In this document: one piece after another, positions 56,201 through 64,000 of the stretch
Layout of the letters: each line of letters starts with the position of its first letter
Numbering within the stretch: position 1 is the stretch's first letter
Origin: Candidatus Saccharimonadales bacterium
GTDB lineage: Bacteria > Patescibacteriota > Saccharimonadia > QS-5-54-17
Direction of reading: 5' to 3'
Assembly (NCBI GenBank): GCA_040903985.1
Contig: JBBDUI010000002.1
Coordinates: forward strand, 198,038-262,037
DNA length: 64,000 nucleotides
Notes under the pieces: model-generated
What the model saw: only the letters and a program-made list of their open reading frames with translations
What the model was told of the DNA's origin: nothing
The model's database searches: none
Program-made: the position numbers and the translations under genes

Positions 56201-56590
56201 CGTCAGTATAGCCTGTTTAATCACCGCTACTAGAGCGACCGGAACCGCCGTATAGAGACGTATAACCCCGTCGATAGCTACGATCTCAAACGCTAAGTGG
56301 CGTTGGCCGAAGAACTTACTCTTGAACCCCTTCGTCGCCGTACTGGCGATCAAGTTAAACAACACCTCGGCCTGAGATATGCGCTCCTGGATAACGTCAC
56401 GCACATCGCGACCACCAACCTCTACATCTTCACTGGAGGGCGGCAAATTAATTAAGATCGGCACCATTTTAATACCGCGTTCTACCCCCTTAGCAAAGCG
56501 GAGGCCCTTACGGTAGACGATAAAGCCGGCCCCAGCCAGAGCAAGAATGATAATCAGAACGGTTGAGAAAATGATCAGCGCGTCCATCAC
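53237..56590 (-). CDS. VirD4/TraD (HerA/FtsK-superfamily) ATPase with N-terminal TM and long P/S/E-rich C-tail
   Basis: GQTGTGKT, DPHG, YVDEFQNF, SEARKY and AVFGNVGT. Confidence 0.82.
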   Translation of the reverse strand: MMDALIIFSTVLIIILALAGAGFIVYRKGLRFAKGVERGIKMVPILINLPPSSEDVEVGGRDVRDVIQERISQAEVLFNLIASTATKGFKSKFFGQRHLAFEIVAIDGVIRLYTAVPVALVAVIKQAILTAYPGAQLEEVEDHNIFSATGKITGTYGGEIKLKQAYSYPIATVNQLKRDAMQAVIKSLTSLEQGDGASLQILVRPAREGWTKSSEHIVKQKRDDKGSSGISAKSLLQAPFKAPESGDKDSGPKPPKQLTSLEQSMLDAIEEKTKSSGYEVLIRVIASSGTATRAQSITHNVISAFSLFDAPGLNGFKFEPAKSIEKFVTDFIFRFFPPERAKMVLNSVELATLFHLPDDQFTKTTQLQRQFSKQVEGPTRLSKDGVMLGHNSYHGVKKEIRLSDEDRRRHVYIVGQTGTGKTTALSNMMVQDMMDGKGFAFVDPHGDEAERLLGMVPPERSEDVIYFDPGNMDTPMGLNIFEYRTEDQKDFLIQEAINMLYRLYDPQHTGIIGPRYEHLFRNAALTVMADPAGGTFVDIPKLFRDPQFVRQKLKHVTDQSVREFWQKEMPQSQRSNDFGEVVSWFVSKFGAFLSNQLMRNTIGQTKSAFDLRELMDSNKILIANLSKGRLGELNSQLLGMIFVMKFQAAAMSRANVPEDERKDFSLYVDEFQNFSTESFAFILSEARKYRMNLIVANQFISQLSDEIRDAVFGNVGTIISYRTGPADADFLVKQFAPAFNERDLVNLPNFNAAIRLMSGGLPTQPFNIAALPPLASSKPQLAQALKKLSAAKYGRPRAEVEKEIFDRVASQPAPSPFESLATNSRESTGPPLGSGSGPSASPGASGGAASASFLDEWLDKRRATLQQAASQSAPRPQLEPTDHSPKQTSTYADQAAPKSSGVSESAQTQPPAPSESPNLSTPEPISFSSAPASSPPSGDSQTFTPPSPLSFPAPPSAALQQEEDADQSTPKSPDLPELPAQVEGDISTASASSDVEQTDSSVLPLVPAGDEPHVEPAESAATAAQARPESSETAEAGLQQSEAPEANVVQPQPVPPEESTPDDSSEPLVSPFGTGVVMPEQKPLKPEAAESNPTESAVPKLQPGEIYIDDEGKVHQG

Positions 56591-56605
56591 CCTAGCTACC
56601 TCCGA

Positions 56606-57016
56606 TTATCGCGTTGCTTTAATATCACGGCCGTAACGCTTCTTGTGGTACTCGATCTGGAGCTGCTCAAACGCTTGCTCCTGCGCCCTAGGATCGTCTT
56701 TCGTCTCCTTGATAATCTGTTTCGCCTTTTCGACCCAAGCCTTCTCTATCACGTCAACATCGTCGGCCGCTGTGGCCGGAGTACTGGCCGGCGGTACAGG
56801 AGTCGGTTGAGTCGGTGTCGGCAGTGGCGCTGGCTGAGCGGTCGGCAGCACTATCTGAGCGTCCGTCACGTCTCGCTCCACCGCCTCTTCAGCCTGACGT
56901 TCGGCCCCATTCGGCAACTGTTCGTCAGCTGTATTGAGCTTTTCGGCTTCTAGCTGAGGAAATATCTGCTCTGATGAAGGTGGAAGCGACTCTGGGGAGT
57001 TCGGTGGTTGATTCAT
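56606..57016 (-). CDS. Conserved CPR hypothetical protein
   Basis: Pro-rich N-terminus, then ADDVDVIEKAWVEKAK..I..TKDDP...Y.KKRYGR. Confidence 0.65.
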   Translation of the reverse strand: MNQPPNSPESLPPSSEQIFPQLEAEKLNTADEQLPNGAERQAEEAVERDVTDAQIVLPTAQPAPLPTPTQPTPVPPASTPATAADDVDVIEKAWVEKAKQIIKETKDDPRAQEQAFEQLQIEYHKKRYGRDIKATR

Positions 57017-57126
57017 ACTGGCCTTAGTATAGCTTGTCGAGTGAGGACTGGACAAGGTCGCCACCTCTCACCCTGACAGCTAGCCAAATCTGGTCAGCTG
57101 AAAGATCGGTGAGATAGATGATAACT

Positions 57127-59895
57127 TTAGAGTTCAAGTTCGGCGTCAAGGTCCTGTTTCACCACTGTAGCAATCTGCTGCAACCGCTGCTGGATATCCT
57201 GCTCATTCAAAGTCTTGGCGTGAGCCTGCAGCTCTAGATGAACCGTAATCACTCGACCAGACTCCCGTTGAAACTCGTCCTGATAGGTGACGACCACGTC
57301 CTCTACCTGAGATAGGCTAACAGCCAACTGCTGCCAAGTGACTTTATCTGGCACCATGACGGCTATATCCCGGTAACTGCTTTGATACCGTGGTAACGGC
57401 TCAAACCGCGCCGACTGCCATAGCTCTAGCAGTCGCACCACGTCGAGCTCGACCACTGCTACCGCATTGCGTAATTTCTGATTCTGCATAATTTTTGAAT
57501 GCAGTTCGCCGTAACAGCCGATCGCTACCCCGTCCACCTCAAGTGTCACTTGGCGAGCTGGGTGCAAGCTTGGATTGTCATGGCTGGTAACGAACTGAGG
57601 GGTGATCTGCAGTAAGCGCATAATCTGGTCGATATCACTCTTTACCCGCAGACGAGCCTCATCCTGCTGCCAGGCTAGGGCTAGCATCGTGTGCTCCAGT
57701 GGCAGCATCTCATCTGAGCGCGGCGTATAGGTACGGGCGATTTCAAATACGCCAAAGTTATCCTTATATGTAGTATTATCTACTACGGCTTTCAACAAGG
57801 TAGGTAGTAAACTCTGCCGCAAATAGGCCTGCTCCTGACTACGAGGATTTTTCAACTTCAGGTGGTTTTGGCCGGTAATCTTGTAGTTGGCTAGGTCGAC
57901 CTCGCTGATGAACGGATAGGTCGTCACCTCAAATAGACCCCGACCCCGCAAGAGCTGACGCAACTCATTTAGTCGACTCCAGTAGTGATCGACTAAACCC
58001 TTCTCCTTTGGTCTCCAGGCAGGCAAAGTGGCCTCGAGATTATCCAGTCCGTATAGCTTAATCACCTCTTCAGCGATGTCGGCCTCGTCACGCAAATCAG
58101 GTCGCCACCAAGGAGCTGTCACTTGCACATACTGCTCTAGGTCACCTACATAACGGCGAGCTCCCAAAAACTGGCTATCCTGGCTCATCTGTTCTAGTGA
58201 TAACTCTACTACCTGTTGTTCCTCGACCGGTAGCTCTTCCCACTCATCAGCTTGATTACGCACATTGTTACGGGCATCAATGATCTTACCTTCACCGATA
58301 TAGAGCGCTACATGTGAAACTCCCTCGCGTTCGACCTCATCTAGTTGAACCCAGGGGCCACCCCGGAAGACGAGATCACCAGGACGCAAATCAGCCAGCT
58401 CCACCGCGGTACCACTCGTATACTGAGCATGAGCTGTATGGCCGATCTTAATCCCAATCAACGAGTAGATATAGTCCACTAGATACGAGCAGTCGAAAGC
58501 TTTAACCCCATCGGTCTTAAAGCTGGCACCCAACTTATACGGTTTAGCGAGGTGCTTACGAGCTTCTAGGGCAATATCGAACGGCTCGGCATCGATCTGG
58601 AGATGACGCAGGTAGTCGGACACCTCCTCACGCTCTAACTTCACTCCCAATAGCTGTTGCAGGCGAGGAGACCGGACACCTATATGCTGGACCCAGGGCC
58701 AGATGTTCAATTCATTCTGGTATGCTGTCAGCTCGGCTCCAGCATACTCCTGCAGTAGATGTACCGCGTAACGTAGCGCGGGACGAACGGCCTGTACCGG
58801 TAAACCACGCTCAAACCGAGCACTTGCCTCAGTTCTTAGGCCGTGGCGCTTAGCCGACTTACGTACTAGTACATCCGAGAAAGTAGCGGCCTCGACTAGT
58901 ATCTCCTGCGTATTATCACCGATTTCAGCCGTCTCACCCCCCATAATTCCAGCTAGTGCGACTGGGTGCTTACCACTGGCTACCACTATATCCTCGCTAG
59001 CTAAGGCTCGCTTTACTCCATCCAGAGTCGTTAGTACTTCGCCGTTGGTAGCAAAACGTAGCGTCAGCGGACCCTTCACTTGAGCCGCATCGAAAGCATG
59101 CAGAGGTTGGCCGGTCTCAAGCATCACATAATTTGTAACATCGACTACGACATTAATGGGGCGGACCCCCGCTAGGCGCAGCCGGCGTTGCATCCAGGGT
59201 GGTGAAGCAGCGACTTTTTGCGGAAGCTTAAGCTTAAGTAAGCCATAGCAGGACACTTCCTCTTTAGCTTGATTAGTAAATAAATTAGTAACCCGCTGAC
59301 CGGCAGGTGGCGCCTGGACTATCTGCTCGATTAAATCTGTAGCCGGAGTGTGAGCGGCCACCTCCCGAGCTAAGCCGACATAACTCTGGAGGTCCCAGCG
59401 ATTAGCGGCCGTCTTAATATCGACTACGCTCTGCTCAGCATTAAAAACTTCACGCAAAGGCAGGTCGGCCGCTACCTCAGTACCGAGATCAAGCAGACCC
59501 TCATGACTACCGCCTAGCCCCAGCTCCAACTCACTACATAGCATACCGTAGGAATCGTGACCGCGGATCTTGGCTTGAGTAATCTCAGTTCCGTCAGGCA
59601 GCACAGCCCCTAATTGAGCGAAAACCACTCGCTGCCCTACGTAAAGGTTTGGAGCGCCACATACTACCTGATACTTCTTACTACCCGATTTGACGGTCGC
59701 TACCTGCAACCGATCGGCGTTGGGATGTGGTTTGACCTCTACTACGGTGGCGGTAACGATACGAGAATCAAACTCTGGTGGCTGGATCACCTCCTCTACT
59801 TCTATACCGGCCCGCTCCAGTGCCGCCACCATCTCCGCTACTCCTAACGGCTCACTAAGGTGTTGATTTAGCCATTCACTCACTATCTTCACCAT
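57127..59895 (-). CDS. pheT: Phenylalanine--tRNA ligase beta subunit with inserted NlpC/P60 domain
   Basis: HPNADRL, VVCGAPN, VDVTNY..LETGQPLHAFD, RFERG and RPDL...DIAEE; the insert contains FDCS...GDLVF...HVALYIG. Confidence 0.93.
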   Translation of the reverse strand: MVKIVSEWLNQHLSEPLGVAEMVAALERAGIEVEEVIQPPEFDSRIVTATVVEVKPHPNADRLQVATVKSGSKKYQVVCGAPNLYVGQRVVFAQLGAVLPDGTEITQAKIRGHDSYGMLCSELELGLGGSHEGLLDLGTEVAADLPLREVFNAEQSVVDIKTAANRWDLQSYVGLAREVAAHTPATDLIEQIVQAPPAGQRVTNLFTNQAKEEVSCYGLLKLKLPQKVAASPPWMQRRLRLAGVRPINVVVDVTNYVMLETGQPLHAFDAAQVKGPLTLRFATNGEVLTTLDGVKRALASEDIVVASGKHPVALAGIMGGETAEIGDNTQEILVEAATFSDVLVRKSAKRHGLRTEASARFERGLPVQAVRPALRYAVHLLQEYAGAELTAYQNELNIWPWVQHIGVRSPRLQQLLGVKLEREEVSDYLRHLQIDAEPFDIALEARKHLAKPYKLGASFKTDGVKAFDCSYLVDYIYSLIGIKIGHTAHAQYTSGTAVELADLRPGDLVFRGGPWVQLDEVEREGVSHVALYIGEGKIIDARNNVRNQADEWEELPVEEQQVVELSLEQMSQDSQFLGARRYVGDLEQYVQVTAPWWRPDLRDEADIAEEVIKLYGLDNLEATLPAWRPKEKGLVDHYWSRLNELRQLLRGRGLFEVTTYPFISEVDLANYKITGQNHLKLKNPRSQEQAYLRQSLLPTLLKAVVDNTTYKDNFGVFEIARTYTPRSDEMLPLEHTMLALAWQQDEARLRVKSDIDQIMRLLQITPQFVTSHDNPSLHPARQVTLEVDGVAIGCYGELHSKIMQNQKLRNAVAVVELDVVRLLELWQSARFEPLPRYQSSYRDIAVMVPDKVTWQQLAVSLSQVEDVVVTYQDEFQRESGRVITVHLELQAHAKTLNEQDIQQRLQQIATVVKQDLDAELEL

Positions 59896-59897
59896 GA

Positions 59898-60920
59898 TTA
59901 GAACTGCTCCAGGAATTTAAGGTTAGGGCGCCACAGGTCTCGTAGGTCTGGTAGCTGGTACTTTATAGCCGCGATCCGTTCCAGACCGAAACCGAAGGCA
60001 AACCCCGTATATATCTCCGGATCGATACCCACATTGCGGAAGACTTGGGCGTGCACCATCCCAGCCCCGCCCAGCTCCACCCAGCCAGTACCTTTGCAGA
60101 CTCGGCAGCCAGCTTGACTAGCTTCATTACAGTTCTGACAACTAGCGTCCATCTCAACGGAAGGTTCAGTGTAAGGAAAATAATTCGGACGCAGTCGCAA
60201 CTCAGTGTCCTCACCGAAGATACCTTTTAGCATATACTCGAGAGTGCCCTTGAGGTCGCCCATACTAATGCCCCTATCGACTACTAAACCTTCCAGCTGG
60301 CGGAAACTCCAGATGTGGGTAGCGTCCTCATCCTCGTTGCGGTAGACCTTGCCTGGGGCGATGATACGAATCGGCGGCTTATGGGTCTCCATGTGGCGAA
60401 TCTGCACACTAGAGGTATGGGTTCGCGGAATCGATCCATTCTCTAAATAAAAAGTATCCTGCATATCGCGGGCTGGATGATGGGGACCGATGTTAAGCGC
60501 CTCGAAGCAGTACCAGTCGGTTTCGATCTCTGGACCCGTTACCGCCTGGAAGCCAAGCTGCCAGAACAGCTCCACCATCTCATGCTGCAGACTCTCCACC
60601 GGGTGCAGGCGACCGATAGCAGGCCCTACACCGGGCCGAGTCATATCGATAAACTCACTACTCTCACTCTCCAGCTGTTTAGCCTGCAGATCATCCAGTC
60701 GCTTATCTAAGGCAATTTGTAAATCCATCTTAAGTTTATTTAGCTGCTGACCAGCTCGCGCCCGTTCCTGCTCCGGTAGCTCACTAATACCACGCAACTC
60801 CGTGGTCACTACCCCTTTACGACCCAAATACTCGACCCGTAGGTCCTCGACCTCAGCTGCGGTCTCGGCTGACTTCAACTTTTTATTTAATTCTTTAAGA
60901 ATATCGCCGGTATGACTCAT
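59898..60920 (-). CDS. pheS: Phenylalanine--tRNA ligase alpha subunit
   Basis: HPARDMQDTFY, RTHTS, FPYTEPS and GFAFGFGLER. Confidence 0.97.
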   Translation of the reverse strand: MSHTGDILKELNKKLKSAETAAEVEDLRVEYLGRKGVVTTELRGISELPEQERARAGQQLNKLKMDLQIALDKRLDDLQAKQLESESSEFIDMTRPGVGPAIGRLHPVESLQHEMVELFWQLGFQAVTGPEIETDWYCFEALNIGPHHPARDMQDTFYLENGSIPRTHTSSVQIRHMETHKPPIRIIAPGKVYRNEDEDATHIWSFRQLEGLVVDRGISMGDLKGTLEYMLKGIFGEDTELRLRPNYFPYTEPSVEMDASCQNCNEASQAGCRVCKGTGWVELGGAGMVHAQVFRNVGIDPEIYTGFAFGFGLERIAAIKYQLPDLRDLWRPNLKFLEQF

Positions 60921-61273
60921 CGTTGGACTCGCTGCATATAAAAATCGATTAACACCCCTAAAACTGTTAAGAGAATGATATCTCTAATACTCAGCTGGCG
61001 CAAACTACTGAGCGCCAGTAATGCCACCACCCAGAGACTAGCGAGAAAACTTCGGCGGAGCGCCAGCAGGAAACCGGCCCGACTTCGTTCGTAGCGCCAC
61101 CGCAGTAAACCAAGCATCAGCAAGCCCGTGAATGCCACCAGCAAGGCGCTGAACCAAGCCGTTAACCCGAAAGGACCGAGTGAATCCGGGTTGGTCAAAA
61201 ACAGACTCATTAGCAGACCACCGAAGAGGAGGGCGGTCACGATCCGCACTAGAGCTATCGCCTTATTCAACAT
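60917..61273 (-). CDS. Small multi-pass membrane protein
   Basis: Four hydrophobic segments; overlaps the pheS start. Confidence 0.65.
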   Translation of the reverse strand: MLNKAIALVRIVTALLFGGLLMSLFLTNPDSLGPFGLTAWFSALLVAFTGLLMLGLLRWRYERSRAGFLLALRRSFLASLWVVALLALSSLRQLSIRDIILLTVLGVLIDFYMQRVQR

Positions 61274-61334
61274 AACTTTCAGTATACCAGTCTCGACCCT
61301 AGGCGACGACTAAAACTTAGCACCGCGGCAATAA

Positions 61335-61750
61335 AATAAAATTCCCGGCACTAAGCCGGGATATAGGTTATAAAAATGAATAGACGAGACGACAAAACCG
61401 CCCAAAAACAAAAGTATGTAGCGCTTGTCGCCCCGCCATAATCGGTCGGCCGCTCTCCTATCTTGCGATAAGTGCAGGCCAGACTTCTCGCCCTCCAGCA
61501 AGCGAATGCTTTATGGGCGTTGACTCATCGCTATAGTACCCGAAGGTAAGTGAGCGAGGTTGACGTTCGCCCTACCCAAGGGGGTTTGGTAAGGCCAAGC
61601 TGAGCACTAGCTTGGCGCTCAGGTTGACCCTACCTAGGGCGAACGTCCGAAAAGGAGGTGGACTATCCGGCAAAGTTTCCCTTGCTGGATATTTGTTAAA
61701 GTGGGCTTTTAATTTTTATGTAACTTGTTTGTGTTAACTAAAAGCTTAGG
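61335..61750 (-). ncRNA. Putative structured non-coding RNA of unknown family
   Basis: Promoter TTGACA-17 bp-TAACTT (61754-61782), a GC-rich multi-hairpin body and a terminator at about 61335-61365; no credible ORF. Confidence 0.6.
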
Positions 61751-61952
61751 TACAAGTTAGCACAAGGGTTAAGAGTTGTCAATACTCTAAGCCTAAAATA
61801 ATGTAGAATATTTGACTACAGCTAATCTGTTATAAATTAATAAAAGCATTTATTAATTTATCTATAAGACCTAGGATAAAATTCTAGGTATACCAGCAAA
61901 TACTCTTAAAATCGAACGAACAACTAGTTTATAGCTGTGAGTCGATTGCTAC

Positions 61953-63125
61953 CTAAGCCGAGCGGAGACCGAGAGCTCGTTGTACTTGGCTCAGCTTCTC
62001 CTTAGCTACTCTATCCATAGCCACCTCACTCGCTTCAAGCTTGGCAATGAGGGCGGACTCATCGACAGCAGCTAACTTAGCCTGAAAGTCAGTGATAAAC
62101 TCAGCCGTCATCTCAGCTACCCGCGTCTTAAGTGGTCCGTACTGGGGCTGGCCGATAAACTCAGCTGGGTCTCCCCCCAGTAACTTTAGAATATCGAGCA
62201 GATTACTGATCCCGGGTTGAGTCGCATAATCGTAAGCTACTGCCCCAAGACTATCGGTAGTCGCACTCATAATCTTCTTCCGCACAGATTCTGGGGTGTC
62301 TTGAAGGAAAACGACCCCCTTACCGGTCGCATCGCTCTTGCTCATCTTCTTAGTCGGGTCCATCAAGTCACGAATCCGTAATCCTTGATCCTTACCGAAA
62401 AACTCATGCTGCTGCTGTACCGGTAGAGGCAGCTGGAATAGCTCGCCGAATTTATTATTCATCCGCTCTGCGATATCGCGCGTAAACTCAAGGTGCTGGG
62501 TTTGATCATCCCCGACTGGGACGTAGGTAGCTCCATAGAGTAGGATGTCGGCCGCCATTAAGACTGGGTAGTTGAATAAACCAGTAGTAATGTTGCGAAG
62601 CTTTCTATTGTTAAGATGGTGTCGACTGAGTAATCGTTTAAATGATTCTACATCGTGCTTATACTGCTCAAAAAGCTTGTGGATATCATCTGTATCCAGA
62701 ACGTATTTCCCTCCCCTTCTTTTTGCATATAGATAGATCTCTGCTCCAGAACTTCTCGTGAGACCAGCCTTTGACTCAAACTGCTCCATCCTACGCATCT
62801 CACCAAAGCCAGTAAAGCAATCAAGTATCCACGTCAGCTCAGAGTGGGCGGGAATGAAACTCTGGCGGTAGATGTATATATCGGGTTGATCGAGAGGCAG
62901 ACCGGCAGCCACATACATGCGCAGGTTGTTTATCGTCTGCGTATACAGTTGCGAGTGGTCGATCGGCGTAGTGAAGCTGTGCAGGTCAGGCACGAAGAAG
63001 TTAAGCTGGTATTCACCAGCATGGGTCTTCGCCATATCGACCATTGGCAGCATTGCCCCTAGGTAGTTACCGATATGGAGATCGTTGTTGGCTCTCAAGC
63101 CGGTTAGAATTACGGGTTTACTCAT
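61953..63125 (-). CDS. trpS: Tryptophan--tRNA ligase with internal insertion
   Basis: LHIGNY, YPVLMAADIL, VPVGDDQ and KMSKS. Confidence 0.95.
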   Translation of the reverse strand: MSKPVILTGLRANNDLHIGNYLGAMLPMVDMAKTHAGEYQLNFFVPDLHSFTTPIDHSQLYTQTINNLRMYVAAGLPLDQPDIYIYRQSFIPAHSELTWILDCFTGFGEMRRMEQFESKAGLTRSSGAEIYLYAKRRGGKYVLDTDDIHKLFEQYKHDVESFKRLLSRHHLNNRKLRNITTGLFNYPVLMAADILLYGATYVPVGDDQTQHLEFTRDIAERMNNKFGELFQLPLPVQQQHEFFGKDQGLRIRDLMDPTKKMSKSDATGKGVVFLQDTPESVRKKIMSATTDSLGAVAYDYATQPGISNLLDILKLLGGDPAEFIGQPQYGPLKTRVAEMTAEFITDFQAKLAAVDESALIAKLEASEVAMDRVAKEKLSQVQRALGLRSA

Positions 63126-64000
63126 CACTCCCTTTCTCTGGCAATAGTTTAGCATCCGAAGTCTGTTCTGTAATCTTATCTACCACCCGTGTCAGCTGAC
63201 GCTGGCGCAGACCCTCAGTATCGTGAAAGGCCTTCTGGGCTGTATCCAAGCTACGGCCTACCTTGCTCAGACTTTCACCAAACATCTCATACTGGCGCTG
63301 GAACTGCTCGATCAAACCGACGATCTCCTGCAACTCCTTCTCATAGTGGAAGTTCTTGTGTGCCTGCAGCACAAGCCGGAGCAAAGCCGTAAAGCCGAAA
63401 GGACCTGTCAGCATCACCTTGCGGTCGCTAGCGTAGCTGACGATGCCTGGCACCTTCTCATAGATAAAGCTGAAGATCATCTCGTTGGGAATAAACATCA
63501 CCACGAAATCAACCGTCTGGTTAGAGGGGTCGATGTAGTCCTTTGAGGTCACCTCTTTCACCTTGGTCTTTACCGAAGTCTCAAACGCCTTAAGCGCCTT
63601 AGCCCGCTGGCTATCATTCTCCGCCTCCTGATAGCGGACTAGGTCGTCGAAGGGGAACTTAGCATCGATATTAACCTTAAAGCCGTCCGGTAGCAGAACG
63701 GTAAAGTCGGGTCGACCCTCGGCAGTCGTCGACTGCTTCTGGTAGTTATGTCCCTCAACAAACCCGGCCGCCAGCAAGAGGTCCTCCGCCACCTGCTCGC
63801 CCCACTCCCCCCGCAGACGGTTGTTTGAGAGCAGACTCTGTAACCCTTCGGTCGAAACTCGCAGCTTCTCGGTCAGCTCGGTCGACTGCTGCAAGTGTTG
63901 TCGGATGCCGGCATTCTGCTCTTTGAGTGCCCGTACCTCGGTCTGGGAGGACTTCAGTTGTTCCTTAAGCTGGCCGATCATCAGATCGAGCTGTTTACGG
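63118..64000 (-). CDS. rmuC: DNA recombination protein RmuC (5' end outside the window)
   Basis: RGEWGE, RPD...LP, IDAKFP and DFVVMFIPNE; the frame is open to the window edge. Confidence 0.9.
   Translation of the reverse strand, partial: RKQLDLMIGQLKEQLKSSQTEVRALKEQNAGIRQHLQQSTELTEKLRVSTEGLQSLLSNNRLRGEWGEQVAEDLLLAAGFVEGHNYQKQSTTAEGRPDFTVLLPDGFKVNIDAKFPFDDLVRYQEAENDSQRAKALKAFETSVKTKVKEVTSKDYIDPSNQTVDFVVMFIPNEMIFSFIYEKVPGIVSYASDRKVMLTGPFGFTALLRLVLQAHKNFHYEKELQEIVGLIEQFQRQYEMFGESLSKVGRSLDTAQKAFHDTEGLRQRQLTRVVDKITEQTSDAKLLPEKGSDE

Noticed and set aside
61310-61501. 63-aa ORF within the putative ncRNA; also the plus-strand AAGGAGGTG at 61652-61660 as an RBS
   Set aside because: The ORF has a weak start, no RBS and runs through the terminator. 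No start codon lies at proper spacing after the plus-strand SD-like sequence.
61400-61700. RNase P RNA, tmRNA or SRP RNA identity for the structured region
   Set aside because: No GAGGAAAGUCC/ACAGAA RNase P motifs, no tRNA-like ends with CCA and no SRP helix-8 motif were seen.

Overview
This window comes from a small-genome Patescibacteria (CPR)-type bacterium, probably Saccharimonadia-like, judging by the rRNA signatures and gene families. It uses the standard genetic code, and nearly all genes are on the minus strand. Core genes are rodA (partial), ileS, nrdJ/nrdR, ftsZ/ftsA, map, adk, ybeY, rpsU, a RelA-like synthetase, recJ, secF/secD, priA, def/fmt, rbfA/infB/rpsA, gyrA/gyrB, a VirD4/TraD-like ATPase, pheT/pheS, trpS and rmuC (partial). 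The rRNA locus keeps the order 16S-tRNA-Ile-tRNA-Ala-23S-5S but is split by about 6 kb of spacer holding six protein ORFs. The 23S carries an L1931 group I intron with a LAGLIDADG endonuclease plus several hairpin insertions. The most notable candidates are: (1) an unannotated structured RNA at about 61335-61750 with its own promoter, boxA-like site and terminator, whose 5' part resembles 16S helix 45 plus the anti-Shine-Dalgarno; (2) a PheT with an apparently intact NlpC/P60 peptidoglycan-hydrolase domain inserted into it; (3) a tRNA-Ile nested between halves of an older tRNA-Ile; (4) an actinobacterial-type ultrashort-stem-I T-box on ileS coupled to a terminator-like hairpin; (5) a frameshifted collagen/beta-propeller adhesin and a chimeric tail-fibre-like cassette. 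All calls were made by eye, with no database searches.
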